DNA from: Octopus bimaculoides
Taxonomy: Eukaryota
Direction of reading: 5' to 3'
Length of the DNA stretch: 44,511 bases
NCBI RefSeq assembly: GCF_001194135.2
Contig: NC_068984.1
Span: forward strand, 47,282,576 to 47,327,086
The position numbers and the translations under genes were made by a program. The notes under the pieces were generated by a model. That model was not told the origin of the DNA, ran no database searches, and worked only from the letters and a program-made list of their open reading frames with translations. Positions within the stretch are counted from its first letter, which is position 1. Each line of letters opens with the position of its first letter. Shown here in pieces: positions 12,241 to 24,065 of the stretch.

Positions 12241-12927
12241 TCTTTAGACGAATAGACGCACGCACTTGGGTGTGTGTATCGATAGCTCAATCAACACAGC
12301 AATTCAACTTCATATTGACAAATACTGAGAACTCTCTTAACTCAAAACGTCTTGTTGCATTTTGAGTGACCAAGTTCAACTCTTTTAAGAAGAACTTAAT
12401 GAAACTCAACGAAAAACATATATAGACATACATATATTTAAGAAACAGAACAACTCTTAGCAAGACAAACATGTTCCCGTAAAACCTTGAAATTTTATGT
12501 ATTTTTCAGGATGGAACAGAACCCTGAAATTTTTTACAGAGAGGAATTTATCACATTAAATTACGTCTTTAGTATCTCTGAACAGTAACGGTATGTAAGA
12601 GTTTCCGGTTCCCAATTTATCCTGTTGTTACCTTTCTCACAATTAATCATTACATCCTATAAACTCTCTTTAACAATGGAAACACAAATCAGTCAGCCAA
12701 GTGGAGTTATGAACTCAAAACAGCTAACGATTAAGTATAAGAACCATAGCTTATAATCATAGTTTCCAGCCGAAAGTTACTTGTCATATTAGGGTTCTTT
12801 GGTCACTTTGCAGTAAGTCACACGTAACTGCATTGAGATCCTGTTCATAATTTAAGTGCGTTGTTTGTGATACATGAATGCTTCACAGAAATAATGTACC
12901 ATTTCTCTTATAGCAGGAATCTTATTA

Positions 12928-13128
12928 GGTGAGGTTGGTAGAATTGGTAGTGGGTTAGGACACAATGCTTTGCAGTATTATTCCAGCTCTTTACGATTTT
13001 GAGTTCAAAAACAGCTGAGGTCATCTATGCCTTTTGTCCTTCCGGGATCAAATCAAATGTTGGGGCCTATTACATTCATGACTACATACACTTAATTATA
13101 GGTCTTGTGTCAATGTAACAGATCATTA
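12928..13128 (+). mobile_element. tRNA-derived SINE family A, diverged copy
   Basis: Collinear similarity to 37028-37235 (TTGGTAGAAT, AATGCTT, GAGTTCAAA, GAGGTCATCT..GCCTTT..TCCTT, CTTGTG). Confidence 0.65.
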
Positions 13129-14499
13129 TGAGTGATCTGTTATCCTTTATATTCGAAGAAATGTTCAGATTAAGGATGAAAATGATAGTTTATATTTCTT
13201 TAAAATCGTAATCTTAAACTATAAGATCAGTGAATAAAAATTTACTAAATTTTCTTCCACTCTAGATTTCGAGAAAAATATTTTAATTTATATTACATAC
13301 CAACATACAATTCATCAATAATATTCAAAACCACTAGAAAAGAAATCCATCAGAAATTATACTAGGAATCATGGTTGCAAGAATATTCGTCAGCAAGACT
13401 TTAATGTACTATACTAGTTATGCTTTTTTTTAATTCAATTTTCGCTACATTGCTGTGCTGTGTTCAAGCGACATCAAAGTCATGTTTGATATTTATATTT
13501 CAGGAATCAAGAAAATATCCATTGATTTCGATTCAATGGAAAGTCGTCTTGTGCTGAGTTTAGCAATCATTTCACTACTAGAATTTCCTAACACCTGATA
13601 GCTTCCGCCATACGCTTTTCAATGAATATTTAACGGTGTGGTTATAGCGATGAAGTTAAAATGCTGTATTTTAGATCAACAATTTCTTTTTTATTTGCGT
13701 TAAAAGATGAAATCAGTGACGACAGATTGATAGAGAACACAAATAGTAGAGTCTAATGCAAAAACTATTGTAAATTAGAGTTTAGATTATAAAGAGTGGT
13801 TTCTAAACAATTTGATAAAAGCAGGAAAACTTTTGAAGAACGTAAATGAATATATTCTTGTCATAATGAACATATAAGACACCATGAATGTGTTTGTGTT
13901 CTTTAGTGTATTGGCTCAGAGGGAAAGAGAAAGTGAGTTAATCTATCTATTTTTATATGTTAATGTCTCTCTCTCTCTCTCTCTCTCTCTNNNNNNNNNN
14001 NNNNNNNNNNNNNNNNNNNNNNNNNNNNNNNNNNNNNNNNNNNNNNNNNNNNNNNNNNNNNNNNNNNNNNNNNNNNNNNNNNNNNNNNNNNNNNNNNNNN
14101 NNNNNNNNNNNNNNNNNNNNNNNNNNNNNNNNNNNNNNNNNNNNNNNNNNNNNNNNNNNNNNNNNNNNNNNNNTGAATACTCGAAAAGGAACATGGGTAA
14201 GAAACTACTGTGAAGTTACTGAATGACTAATGATTGGATAGTTATACCAAATCAAAAGTAGCTATTTAGAGCCTGGGTGTGCTGTTTTTTGGTATTGTTT
14301 TAATGTATCTCCCTTTTATATAGCATTGTAGGTCTCCCCCATTTTGGAGTGATAGGTACTCCACAGCCCAATTAAGCACCACCATCTAGCCTTTGACAGA
14401 GTTCACTCTGTTGCAAGTATTCAGACTCGACTTCCTGCCTGGTGACTCCGTGACCTATCTACACACCGTTATACTCTACACTTTTCTATGATGCAAAGA

Positions 14500-14985
14500 T
14501 AAAATCCATCGCCCCTTACCATTTCTTCCTTTTCTACCCCAACATCCGAGAACTTCTCCAACCGAAATCCCACACATTACCTCTTACATGCAAACCACAT
14601 ATCCAGTTCTTCTCTGAGGCACAAATTTCTTGACCCCTATCTACAATCCATCTCGGTTGTTCAGGTTACAATTTCTACTCAGAATTTGCTCCAAAAGGTG
14701 AGAGATAAACCTTTTATGGACGGGAAACCTAAGGTAATCCCATAAACCGGCCTTCCCCATTTTAATATATACTGCTCTACATCTTAGAGAGTGCTTCTTC
14801 TTTCGGATTTATGTTTTTTTACAAACGCGGTCTCGCACCATTTCTGCTCTACCGGTCATTCATTACAACACCTGTTTGCGTTGGGATTGTCTTTGCACAG
14901 GGACCATCCGGACTCCCGCCTTCGCCGTGAACAAGAATTAAACTTCTCTCTTCGCTACTTTGCGCCACATGGGCTCAATTCCCTC
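14500..14985 (+). mobile_element. Degraded Penelope-like element 3' fragment (linker and GIY-YIG C-terminus)
   Basis: RPLPFLPFYPNI (PLVLTYHP-like) and AVSHHFCSTGHSLQHL..GL...RLRREQELNFSLRYFAPHGLN (HF..xGHS...E..LIF.L.T..PxGLN). Followed by a C/T- and C/A-rich tail. Confidence 0.7.
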
Positions 14986-16109
14986 CCCTCTTCATCTAAC
15001 TCCACTCCTCTCCTCTTTTCATCTGACGCCTACTTCCTCTCTTCACTCTTACCCACCTCTCCTCGCTTCTCTTGCTTTGACATCTACTTCCTCTCTTCAT
15101 TCCTACCCTACTTCTCTCTTCATTGATACCCCTATATCCATACCCACACCCACACATCCCACCTCCACCCCACATCCTCACCCCACACTAACACCCCACC
15201 CTCACATCTCCAGACCCCACACCACTCCACACACTAGCACTGACCACTTCCCAAAGCCCACACCCACACACCATCATCCCAACACCNNNNNNNNNNNNNN
15301 NNNNNNNNNNNNNNNNNNNNNNNNNNNNNNNNNNNNNNNNNNNNNNNNNNNNNNNNNNNNNNNNNNNNNNNNNNNNNNNNNNNNNNNNNNNNNNNNNNNN
15401 NNNNNNNNNNNNNNNNNNNNNNNNNNNNNNNNNNNNNNNNNNNNNNNNNNNNNNNNNNNNNNNNNNNNNNNNNNNNNNNNNNNNNNNNNNNNNNNNNNNN
15501 NNNNNNNNNNNNNNNNNNNNNNNNNNNNNNNNNNNNNNNNNNNNNNNNNNNNNNNNNNNNNNNNNNNNNNNNNNNNNNNNNNNNNNNNNNNNNNNNNNNN
15601 NNNNNNNNNNNNNNNNNNNNNNNNNNNNNNNNNNNNNNNNNNNNNNNNNNNNNNNNNNNNNNNNNNNNNNNNNNNNNNNNNNNNNNNNNNNNNNNNNNNN
15701 NNNNNNNNNNNNNNNNNNNNNNNNNNNNNNNNNNNNNNNNNNNNNNNNNNNNNNNNNNNNNNNNNNNNNNNNNNNNNNNNNNNNNNNNNNNNNNNNNNNN
15801 NNNNNNNNNNNNNNNNNNNNNNNNNNNNNNNNNNNNNNNNNNNNNNNNNNNNNNNNNNNNNNNNNNNNNNNNNNNNNNNNNNNNNNNNNNNNNNNNNNNN
15901 NNNNNNNNNNNNNNNNNNNNNNNNNNNNNNNNNNNNNNNNNNNNNNNNNNNNNNNNNNNNNNNNNNNNNNNNNNNNNNNNNNNNNNNNNNNNNNNNNNNN
16001 NNNNNNNNNNNNNNNNNNNNNNNNNNNNNNNNNNNNNNNNNNNNNNNNNNNNNNNNNNNNNNNNNNNNNNNNNNNNNNNNNNNNNNNNNNNNNNNNNNNN
16101 NNNNNNNNN

Positions 16110-16466
16110 ATTTTTCCTATTTTCTTCAAATGGATGACCATATCATTAAGAAAGCCCACAGCACAGAAACATATACAGGGGTTGGACAAAATAATGGAAA
16201 CACCTTAAAATTTCAAACAAATTTATTTTAATATGGGGTAAGACAGCCTTTGGTAGTAATTACAGCTTGAATTCTACAAGGTATGGATTTGTACAAAGTT
16301 TGAATTGTTTCCAAAGGAATTTTTGTCCATTTTTCAGCTAAAGCAGTCTCCAGTTCTTGTAGTGATGATGGTGGAGGATATCGACTCCTTACTTGTTTTT
16401 TCTAAAAAGCACCATGATGTTGTGTCCAGTCATGTTGTTTATAGTAACTTTCTGCATGCTAAATTC
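16110..16466 (-). repeat. Inverted duplicate of 3044-3388 (Tc1 3' end, TIR and flanks)
   Basis: The reverse complement matches 3044-3388 with about 7 differences. It contains TA|CAGGGGTTGGACAAAATAATGGAAACACC and the non-Tc1 flank that runs into the gap. Confidence 0.93.
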
Positions 16467-16661
16467 GAGTTTCAGTCAAAAATCACTACTATCGTAAATA
16501 AAAGGCTTCCTCGGTTAATTCATCTCAAGATTAACCAGTTATTTAACAAGGGTGCTAGTTGTGGCTCCAAAGTTGGAGGTAGTATTCATCGTATTTTCGA
16601 TAAATAGTCTCCCACGCCAAATACGCGACTTGTCGCTTCGAGTAGTGTATATATGTATGTA

Positions 16662-16697
<36 letters not shown>

Positions 16698-19600
16698 TGT
16701 ATGTATGTATGCGTATATTAACTACGTTATCTCCTATCTACATTCATTAAAATAATCTTAATTTTTTTTTTTAATAGTATCTTCTTCCCTTGCATGTGGA
16801 AAATAAATGTAAATGTGTAATCCTGGCATTGAAATAAGCATTAACTGATACATTTCATTGGCAAAAAACATTGAATTCGCACCATCATGTCATTGAAATT
16901 ATGATAGATTCCACCGTTATCTTCTTTTATTACAGGGATTTATGATCAGGATCTCTTTCTTTCTCCACCTAGGTTTCTTTGAAGATACTGGTTTATAGCT
17001 CTCCAAGCACGGCAGCCCTAACCTTAATCTTCCCATGCGATGACACGTTAGGAAACACCCTCGGTTACATACGAAAATAAGCTCAGTAAAAGAAAATAAA
17101 AGAAATGTGCTTCGATTTATTAATTCATGCAAGGAAAGCTTGTCATTCTATAAACAATAGTAATTCTATATTATTCTTTCATAAGCTCAATTTTAAACGA
17201 AGGGAAACAAGTAGCAAAAGTTGCCTCCCTTGAAACATTTTAATTGGTTTATTGTTCGCTACAAATTTTTGTGTTTTGTCCGAGTTTCTCTTATTTATAC
17301 CCCACACTGCATCATATATCTTGTTATATGATGTTATACAATCAATGATCCCTTTAACTTATGTTGTTGGTTTCAATAGAAATTCACTTGTGTATACATT
17401 TTGTCTTTACTTGAAATGTACACAACAGTACAACACGCGCTTACTTTTTTTCAACTAGAAAATCAGAATTCATCTAAAAGAGAAATTCTATGCAGTTTCA
17501 TTTTTATTTCATTTTACAATATTAACTATAGAACGTGTGCGCAAGTAAAAGATAAAAAGAGCAACAGAGTTTAGAACGAACACTGTATGCGACAGTTAAT
17601 ACTTAGTTCGAAAACAGTCCATTCGAGTACTGAAGACATAATTTATATTTTTCGTAACTGGGCATTCTATTTGCTTATAGATTAAGATTCCATAACTGAG
17701 TTTAAAACAAAACAGTGATTATATTTTCCCCAATCATTCATGAGATATTTATCCTGTGTATTTACACAAAGATAAATTTACGTCTTTAATATACCTAAAT
17801 TAGGTCAGATATGCTCAGATTTATTTGCTTTTTTTAAAAATAAGTCTTTTATCCTTTCTTACTTTAATTTTCTCGACGACAGGCTTTTTTTTTTTTTTTT
17901 TAACGCATAACTTAGAATGATATCAGTCAGACCCTTTCTACGGAGGTGAAACGTTTGCCTGAGCACCGGCTAGAAAGTTACCAACGAAAAGAGGATAACT
18001 CATTTAGTTACGTATATAAAGTTAAAATAAAACTTTTAAATTATAAATTATTTTGATAAAATATAAACAAAATAGTATAAGAATTTATTGTTACATTATA
18101 ATCTGTAATACATTTTCATAATTTTTTTTCATATTTTTCATAACTTTGTTTTTAGTATTTACTAAAATGTGTCTTAATATTGTATTTTACATAAAATAGA
18201 GAACAATTTTCAAAATAGCAGAGGATGTTCACACGTTTGCTTTTATAATGTTAGAAACGGATGAATTAACTGATCAAAGGTAAAATTGCAGCAATTATTT
18301 GATTAGTAAGATATTCCCTAATAAATATCGATTTAATCTTTGTAACAATTAATTATACAACAAGAAAGGGATGACATGCCGACTATTAATTCGTTCGATG
18401 ATTTGATAGTCGGATGATCAGTATGTTTACTTGTAATCAAAAGTTACCCAACCGCCTGGTTCGAAAACTCGCTAGTTTCCAATCTGGGAACTCCGTTATC
18501 TCTGGATACCTTCGTATTACTATTTCATTATGCACCGATGCTTGTATTTCAACTAACGAAGTCAGCTGTGGTTGTAGCAAGCAAATGAGGGCATGGGAAA
18601 GATGTCTTGTAAGTATAACACTGGGGTTTCGAACCAAACATACTGATGCCAATGCGATAATTAAATGGGCCATTGAAATATGGTGTCCCCTTTATTAGAG
18701 TTTGATTTTATCAGTCAGATTGGAACGATCAGACAGCCTAACTTTGAGTCGAGGCCAATATCTCGTTTGAGACAAAACTGAGGATACATTGATACAGCAT
18801 ATATCATCATCGATTTATGCATTTACCACTGCAATGTTGGCCGATCAACAAAATTGGTAAACCCGATGGTATAACTATATGCTGTTATTTACCGACGTAA
18901 TTGTAATCTACACCATCTTAAATGTATCTTGGAAAACTTTCGTTAAAATAATATGCATTTTCAGAAAGTTCTGGAAGAAAGAAAGTCGGACGAGATGCAT
19001 TTCTGTAGTTATGATACAACAGTACTTTTAATAACTAATGAAATATGCAAATCACTCGTTTAAGCAACACTCAGCGTGCACGAATCTTTATTTTTTTGTT
19101 TAATACTTACTATAATTAGCTGTGTATGACTGATTTTTTACTCCATTTACCTTCAAGATATCATTACTTCATACTATTCAATCAGTTATTTTTAATTTTT
19201 TTAAATCTTTGGTATCATTCATTAATAAATATGGCCTTGGTATATTTCAAACTAACAACACTTTACCATCATTGCTTCTTTGCAAATGCTGAAGGAGAGG
19301 ATCAGGATGGTGCAGTTGATTTGTTGTATAAGCATGAGAACTAACATGTTTAAAACAAAGCAGATCTTAAAATTTGTTCCTCTTTGTTTCATATTTATTA
19401 GCAAAGCAACCACAGGTGGTCTAGTTTGGTCACAAAGCTCATGCTTAGTGCATCACTTTCCTATTTTAAATAATAATAGTAACACTTTATTTAGTTACTT
19501 CCAGGAAAATTTGAATGCACTTCATTATTGATAAACCTTATGCTTTCTTACATTGGTACATAACCAGACATTTTTAGGTGAAATGTATAGCTGATTGAAC

Positions 19601-19770
19601 TGATGTCAAGTATATGCTGGGTACTTCTCTGATCTATTGTAGGTGGATGAAAGTTAAGTGCCAGAGGCATATGAAAGCAGAATGCTTAGATAAAGAAAAA
19701 ACAACCAAATCTTGTAACACATAGAGTCTAGCATTCTACTGTTTCTAATAGTGATAATTATTTGAAAAAA

Positions 19771-19945
19771 TGGTTGTGGCATTTGATATGGCTTTTTACA
19801 TTTTCAGGTGAAATCCTATCAAGGTGAACTTTGCCTTTCATTCCTCCAGAATTGATAATATACCAGTTAAGTACTGAGTCAATAGTGTCAATTTTCTCCT
19901 CCCCTCAGAATTGCTGGCCATGTGCCTAAACCAAAAATCATTATA
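19771..19945 (+). mobile_element. SINE family A, 5'-degraded copy
   Basis: AAGGTGAACTTTGCCTTTCATTCC...ACCAGTTAAGTACTGAGTCAAT...CCCCTCAGAATTGCTGGCCATGTGCC, collinear with 37028-37235. Confidence 0.7.
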
Positions 19946-20123
19946 TCTAATTCAGACTCAAAATTATGAATTTTTGAAGGGAGGAGATGCCATCAGCCCA
20001 GAAAGGAGGAAAGGCAAGGTTGACCTTGGGTTTCAACTCAGAAAATGAGCCAAAAAAAAAAATCTGCAAGGCATTTTGTCTGACACTCTAACAATACTGT
20101 TAGTCAAACACCCTTATAATAGT

Positions 20124-20325
20124 AATAATGGTTTCTGATTTAGGCAAAAGACCAGCAATTTTGAGGGGAGGAGGAATGGTTGATACCATTGGCCCAAGTA
20201 CCTGACTTGTGCTTCATTTTATCAATCCCAAATGAATAAAAGGCAAACTAGATTTGAACCCAGAATGTATAGAACCTGCAAAAAGACTGCACAGTAAATT
20301 TGTTCAATGACTCTAATGACAATGC
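20124..20325 (-). mobile_element. SINE family A, antisense copy
   Basis: The reverse complement aligns with family A (TAGGCAAAAGACCAGCAATTTTG...CCAAGTAC...TTTATCAATCCC...AAAGGCAAA...ATTTGAACCCAGAA). Confidence 0.7.
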
Positions 20326-20822
20326 AATCATGAAGAAATATGTTATTTCCTTGAAGCACAAACTAAAAGAGCTTACTCTGAGCCAAACACTTATCAGGAA
20401 CAAAAAAAAAANNNNNNNNNNNNNNNNNNNNNNNNNNNNNNNNNNNNNNNNNNNNNNNNNNNNNNNNNNNNNNNNNNNNNNNNNNNNNNNNNNNNNNNNN
20501 NNNNNNNNNNNNNNNNNNNNNNNNNNNNNNNNNNNNNNNNNNNNNNNNNNNNNNNNNNNNNNNNNNNNNNNNNNNNNNNNNNNNNNNNNNNNNNNNNNNN
20601 NNNNNNNNNNNNNNNNNNNNNNNNNNNNNNNNNNNNNNNNNNNNNNNNNNNNNNNNNNNNNNNNNNNNNNNNNNNNNNNNNNNNNNNNNNNNNNNNNNNN
20701 NNNNNNNNNNNNNNNNNNNNNNNNNNNNNNNNNNNNNNNNNNNNNNNNNNNNNNNNNNNNNNNNNNNNNNNNNNNNNNNNNNNNNNNNNNNNNNNNNNNN
20801 NNNNNNNNNNNNNNNNNNNNNN

Positions 20823-20877
<55 letters not shown>

Positions 20878-21968
20878 TATAAAGTTATATATATATCTGT
20901 ATGTTATTTATATATGTATGAATAAACCACTTGTACTGATCAAACTATCAGGTTGTTATATACCTCTGGTCAAAATGTGCTTCCAGATTTTTCTTGATTA
21001 CACTCTTCTTTATATATGCTTGTGGATGCATATATATATATATATGATTTTACTTAATTTTATAGGCATTTTTTTCTGTTTATACTATTACTTTCTTTTG
21101 TTACCTTATCATTTGATGGAAGATTTGTTTGGGCTGATGTAACTTTGATCTGCAATACTTGATCCTTAGAAACGCAATTTATTCTGACAAAACGCACTGC
21201 ATTATCCAGTTGTATCAACTAAATACAAACTGATCTATTCAGTCAATATATCTTATCATTCTGCTTCATATTTATTTTAATGTATGTATTAATTTCATCT
21301 ATCTATCAGTTTACATCTACAGATTTATAGGTCAAACTTTGTATTTAAATAGTAATTTGCATTCACTAATAACACTTCCAAGCATTCAAGTTTGGTCTCT
21401 GGTTTGAAAATATCTTTCTTTCACTTATTTCAGAGGTCCTGAAAAAGATAAAAGGTCATGTTTACTATCTTTCCTTCCCTGACTAAATGAAATAAAAGAA
21501 AAAAGAAAAAAAACTATTATAATTGATATCAGAATGTAATTGACATTATCTTCAACGTTAATTTCACTTGAGCTAGTGAGAAAATTATAACATGGTTGTT
21601 TGAACTGCTAGAAATAGACCAGATCTCTTAGAAATTACAACCCACTGTTTTAAAAAGAGAAACTATACATTGAATAATATATAATGAACTACTAGAAAAG
21701 TAGTAAAGCAAGACAGCTACAGCTGGAGTGCCTTTTGTCATATATTTGCTCAACCTTGTCTAAGATGGTGCTCAACATACAATATCATTAACTTCAAATC
21801 ACCAATATCACTGTATCAGTTTACACTCTCAAAAAAGGCTACTATTGTTGACTAACAGCCAATCACTTCTATCATATTTCATGCAACATGCTAACTATTA
21901 TTCATACACCATGTGTGACAATATTATATTGTTAAAATATCACAATTGCTTTTCCTATCCTTTTGCAG

Positions 21969-22041
21969 TATCGTCTTCCCTTGAATTAAACCCTGCCCTT
22001 TTTACAACTGTTGTCCAGCAAACATATGTTACTTCTAACTG
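21969..22041 (+). CDS. Candidate 73-nt coding exon of the zinc-finger gene (phase 1 to phase 2)
   Basis: Acceptor TGCTTTTCCTATCCTTTTGCAG| and donor CTG|GTAAGT. Open in the frame SSSLELNPALFTTVVQQTYVTSN(C), which splices in frame to the phase-2 acceptor at 24066. Confidence 0.55.
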
Positions 22042-22298
22042 GTAAGTTTTCATTAAACTTTATTGATATACATATATATATAAATTTAAATAATAAGGAT
22101 GTCAAATTGAATATTAATTTGATTAATATCAATTTAAAACCAGTGGCCTAGCAAATTGAAAAATCTGACGATTCAGAAAAATTACATTACATACATATAA
22201 GAAGGATGACCACTAAGTGAACATCCTTTTTGCTAGAAGAAGACCACCTGCGGTCTGACCACTAAGAAAAGATTGTTCTCAAGAAAATTCAGCAAACA

Positions 22299-22431
22299 TC
22301 ATTTATTCTATGTCCATTTTTCCCATGCTAACATATGTTTTACAAATACTTGTTATTGAGCTGTTGCTTTTCCTTTTGCTAACCCTTATCTATTTTCCAA
22401 GAAGAAATATTTATTATTCCACTTGTCTATA
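22299..22431 (+). repeat. 133-bp direct repeat, copy 1
   Basis: Matches 23888-24020 with 5 mismatches by eye. Confidence 0.95.
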
Positions 22432-22679
22432 CATTGGGTGCATTTTTTCATGTCACTAACATTATAGAGGTTATCTAGCCATCACCAAGACTCAAAACCT
22501 TCTCAAGCCCCATATTGTCCCTGTATGAATCGATTACCAATCAGTTTCAGTGTACTGTGTGTTTTTTGTAGCATCAATGCTGTTGGGAATCACCTTGTTG
22601 CCGAAATAAAAGAGAGTATGTCATAATAGAAAAGAACAGAATTATTGTGAGACAGTGTTAATAGAGAGAATAAGAGAAG

Positions 22680-23130
22680 GAATACTATTGGAGTTGGAGT
22701 AGAAGAGAGGAGGAGGGAAAGAGTAATGTTAGGGTTAGTGTGAAAGAGAGGGAGCTGAGTCCACAATGGTAAAGATAACGGGTTGAATTGGGTAAGATGG
22801 AATCAATGATGGGGTGTGTCAGTGTGTCTGTCAAAGCCTGTTAGGGTATGAATGCAAAGGTAAAAGTACTCAATTCATATAATAGAGTCCTTTCATTTGT
22901 TCAAAGCTAATGATTCAACCCATCACTACTCAGTGTTTTATTTTTGTTTGTGGGTGTTCATTGATGTAACAAAGAGAAAATATTTTTAACGCTTGTGTGA
23001 TCACACAGGAGCGAGGAGGATGATATACTAACAGAGGGAAGAATCCTGTTTTGAATGTGGGTGAGATGACTTTGTTGAAACAGTTACTAATACAGTTGGA
23101 TGCCTTTCCAATTGCTAGCAACTAATTAAC
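22680..23130 (-). mobile_element. Possible degraded Penelope-like 3' fragment
   Basis: Minus strand GFFPLLVYHPPRSCVITQALKIFSL...HPQTK (PLVLTYHP linker-like), then ERTLLYELSTF, then a C/T-rich tail resembling the one after the PLE at 14.5-15 kb. Confidence 0.45.
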
Positions 23131-23285
23131 GAATTGGTGAATGGAATCTATTTACTATCAAGATTGTAAACTGGACAAAACAGAGTTATCTACCTTATTT
23201 GGGTAGTAAGGCAAAGCGACTGCTTAGAGAATGGACTTCTTATGACTCCTTCCTTTTCACTTACCACATAAGTAATACTTATATC

Positions 23286-23450
23286 TTTATTCTTTTATTC
23301 GCTTCAGTCATCAAATTGTGGCAATGCTGGAGCACCACCTTGAGGTGATTAATCAATCAAATCAAACCCAGTACTAATTTCTAAGATTGGTATTTATTCA
23401 GTTTTGCTAAGTTACAGCAATACAAACTAATACTAGTTGTTAAGTTGTGA
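23286..23450 (-). mobile_element. SINE family B fragment
   Basis: GCAATGCTGGAGCACCACCTTGA...ATCAAACCCAGTACT...TGGTATTTATTC...GCTAAGTTAC. Recognised from memory as a common octopus SINE body; not database-verified. Confidence 0.55.
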
Positions 23451-23464
23451 CAAGCTTCTGAAAA

Positions 23465-23615
23465 GTTGCCATGTACCAGCCTCACTCACAAAGCATTGGT
23501 CAGCATAGTGATATCATTGAAGAAACTTTGCTCAAGGTGTCACACTGAAGGGCAGAACCTAAAACTAAAACTACATGGTTGTTGTAAAGTGAACTTCTTA
23601 ATCACACTGTTAGCC
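23465..23615 (-). mobile_element. CORE-type tRNA SINE (OR-like), degraded
   Basis: CTCACTCACAAAGCATTGGTC...GAAGAAACTTTGCTCAAGGTGTCAC...GAACC...CTTAATCACAC is the reverse complement of a tRNA head plus a CCTTGRGCAAG core. Confidence 0.6.
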
Positions 23616-23887
23616 TTGTTTGCACATTTGTATTAAAAATTCTAAAACTCGTAACAAAAAAAAATGACTGAAAGCCTTGAACAGATCAATGGCCCACAAA
23701 TATTTCAAATATCAAAAGTTCTTAGAGACCTACAAAAGGTTGAGTTGGAGAGAGATAGTGTTACCCTACATTATATATTTATATATGCATATATAGATAA
23801 TATTTAAAATGTAATATTGAATATTTAAGGTTGATTTCTATGGATCATTCTGTTTGGCCAGTCTGTTAATACAAATACTCATCTCAC

Positions 23888-24020
23888 TCATTTATTCTAT
23901 GTCCATTTTACCCATGCTAACATATGTTTTACAAATACTTGTTATTGAGCTGTTGCTTTTCCTTTTGCTAACCCTTATCTGTTTTCCAAGAAGAAATTGT
24001 TTTTATTCCACTTGTCTATA
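23888..24020 (+). repeat. 133-bp direct repeat, copy 2 (ends 45 nt before the ZNF acceptor)
   Basis: Matches 22299-22431. Confidence 0.95.
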
Positions 24021-24065
24021 TATTACTAGATTTATAAATGATTTCTCACATTTATATCTCTTCAG

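Noticed and set aside
12510-12590. Plus-strand exon-like segment (TTTTTCAG|GATGGAA...AACG|GTATGT)
   Set aside because: Its ATG frame stops just before the donor. It could be a UTR exon but is unsupported without RNA data.
18414-18698. Overlapping 94-aa and 78-aa ORFs; faint integrase-like DNG motif
   Set aside because: No consistent motif series in any frame.
23854-24065. Hydrophobic, membrane-anchor-like N-terminus on the ZNF ORF
   Set aside because: T-rich, overlaps a duplicated non-coding 133-bp repeat and ends in a polypyrimidine tract plus AG; better explained as intron.
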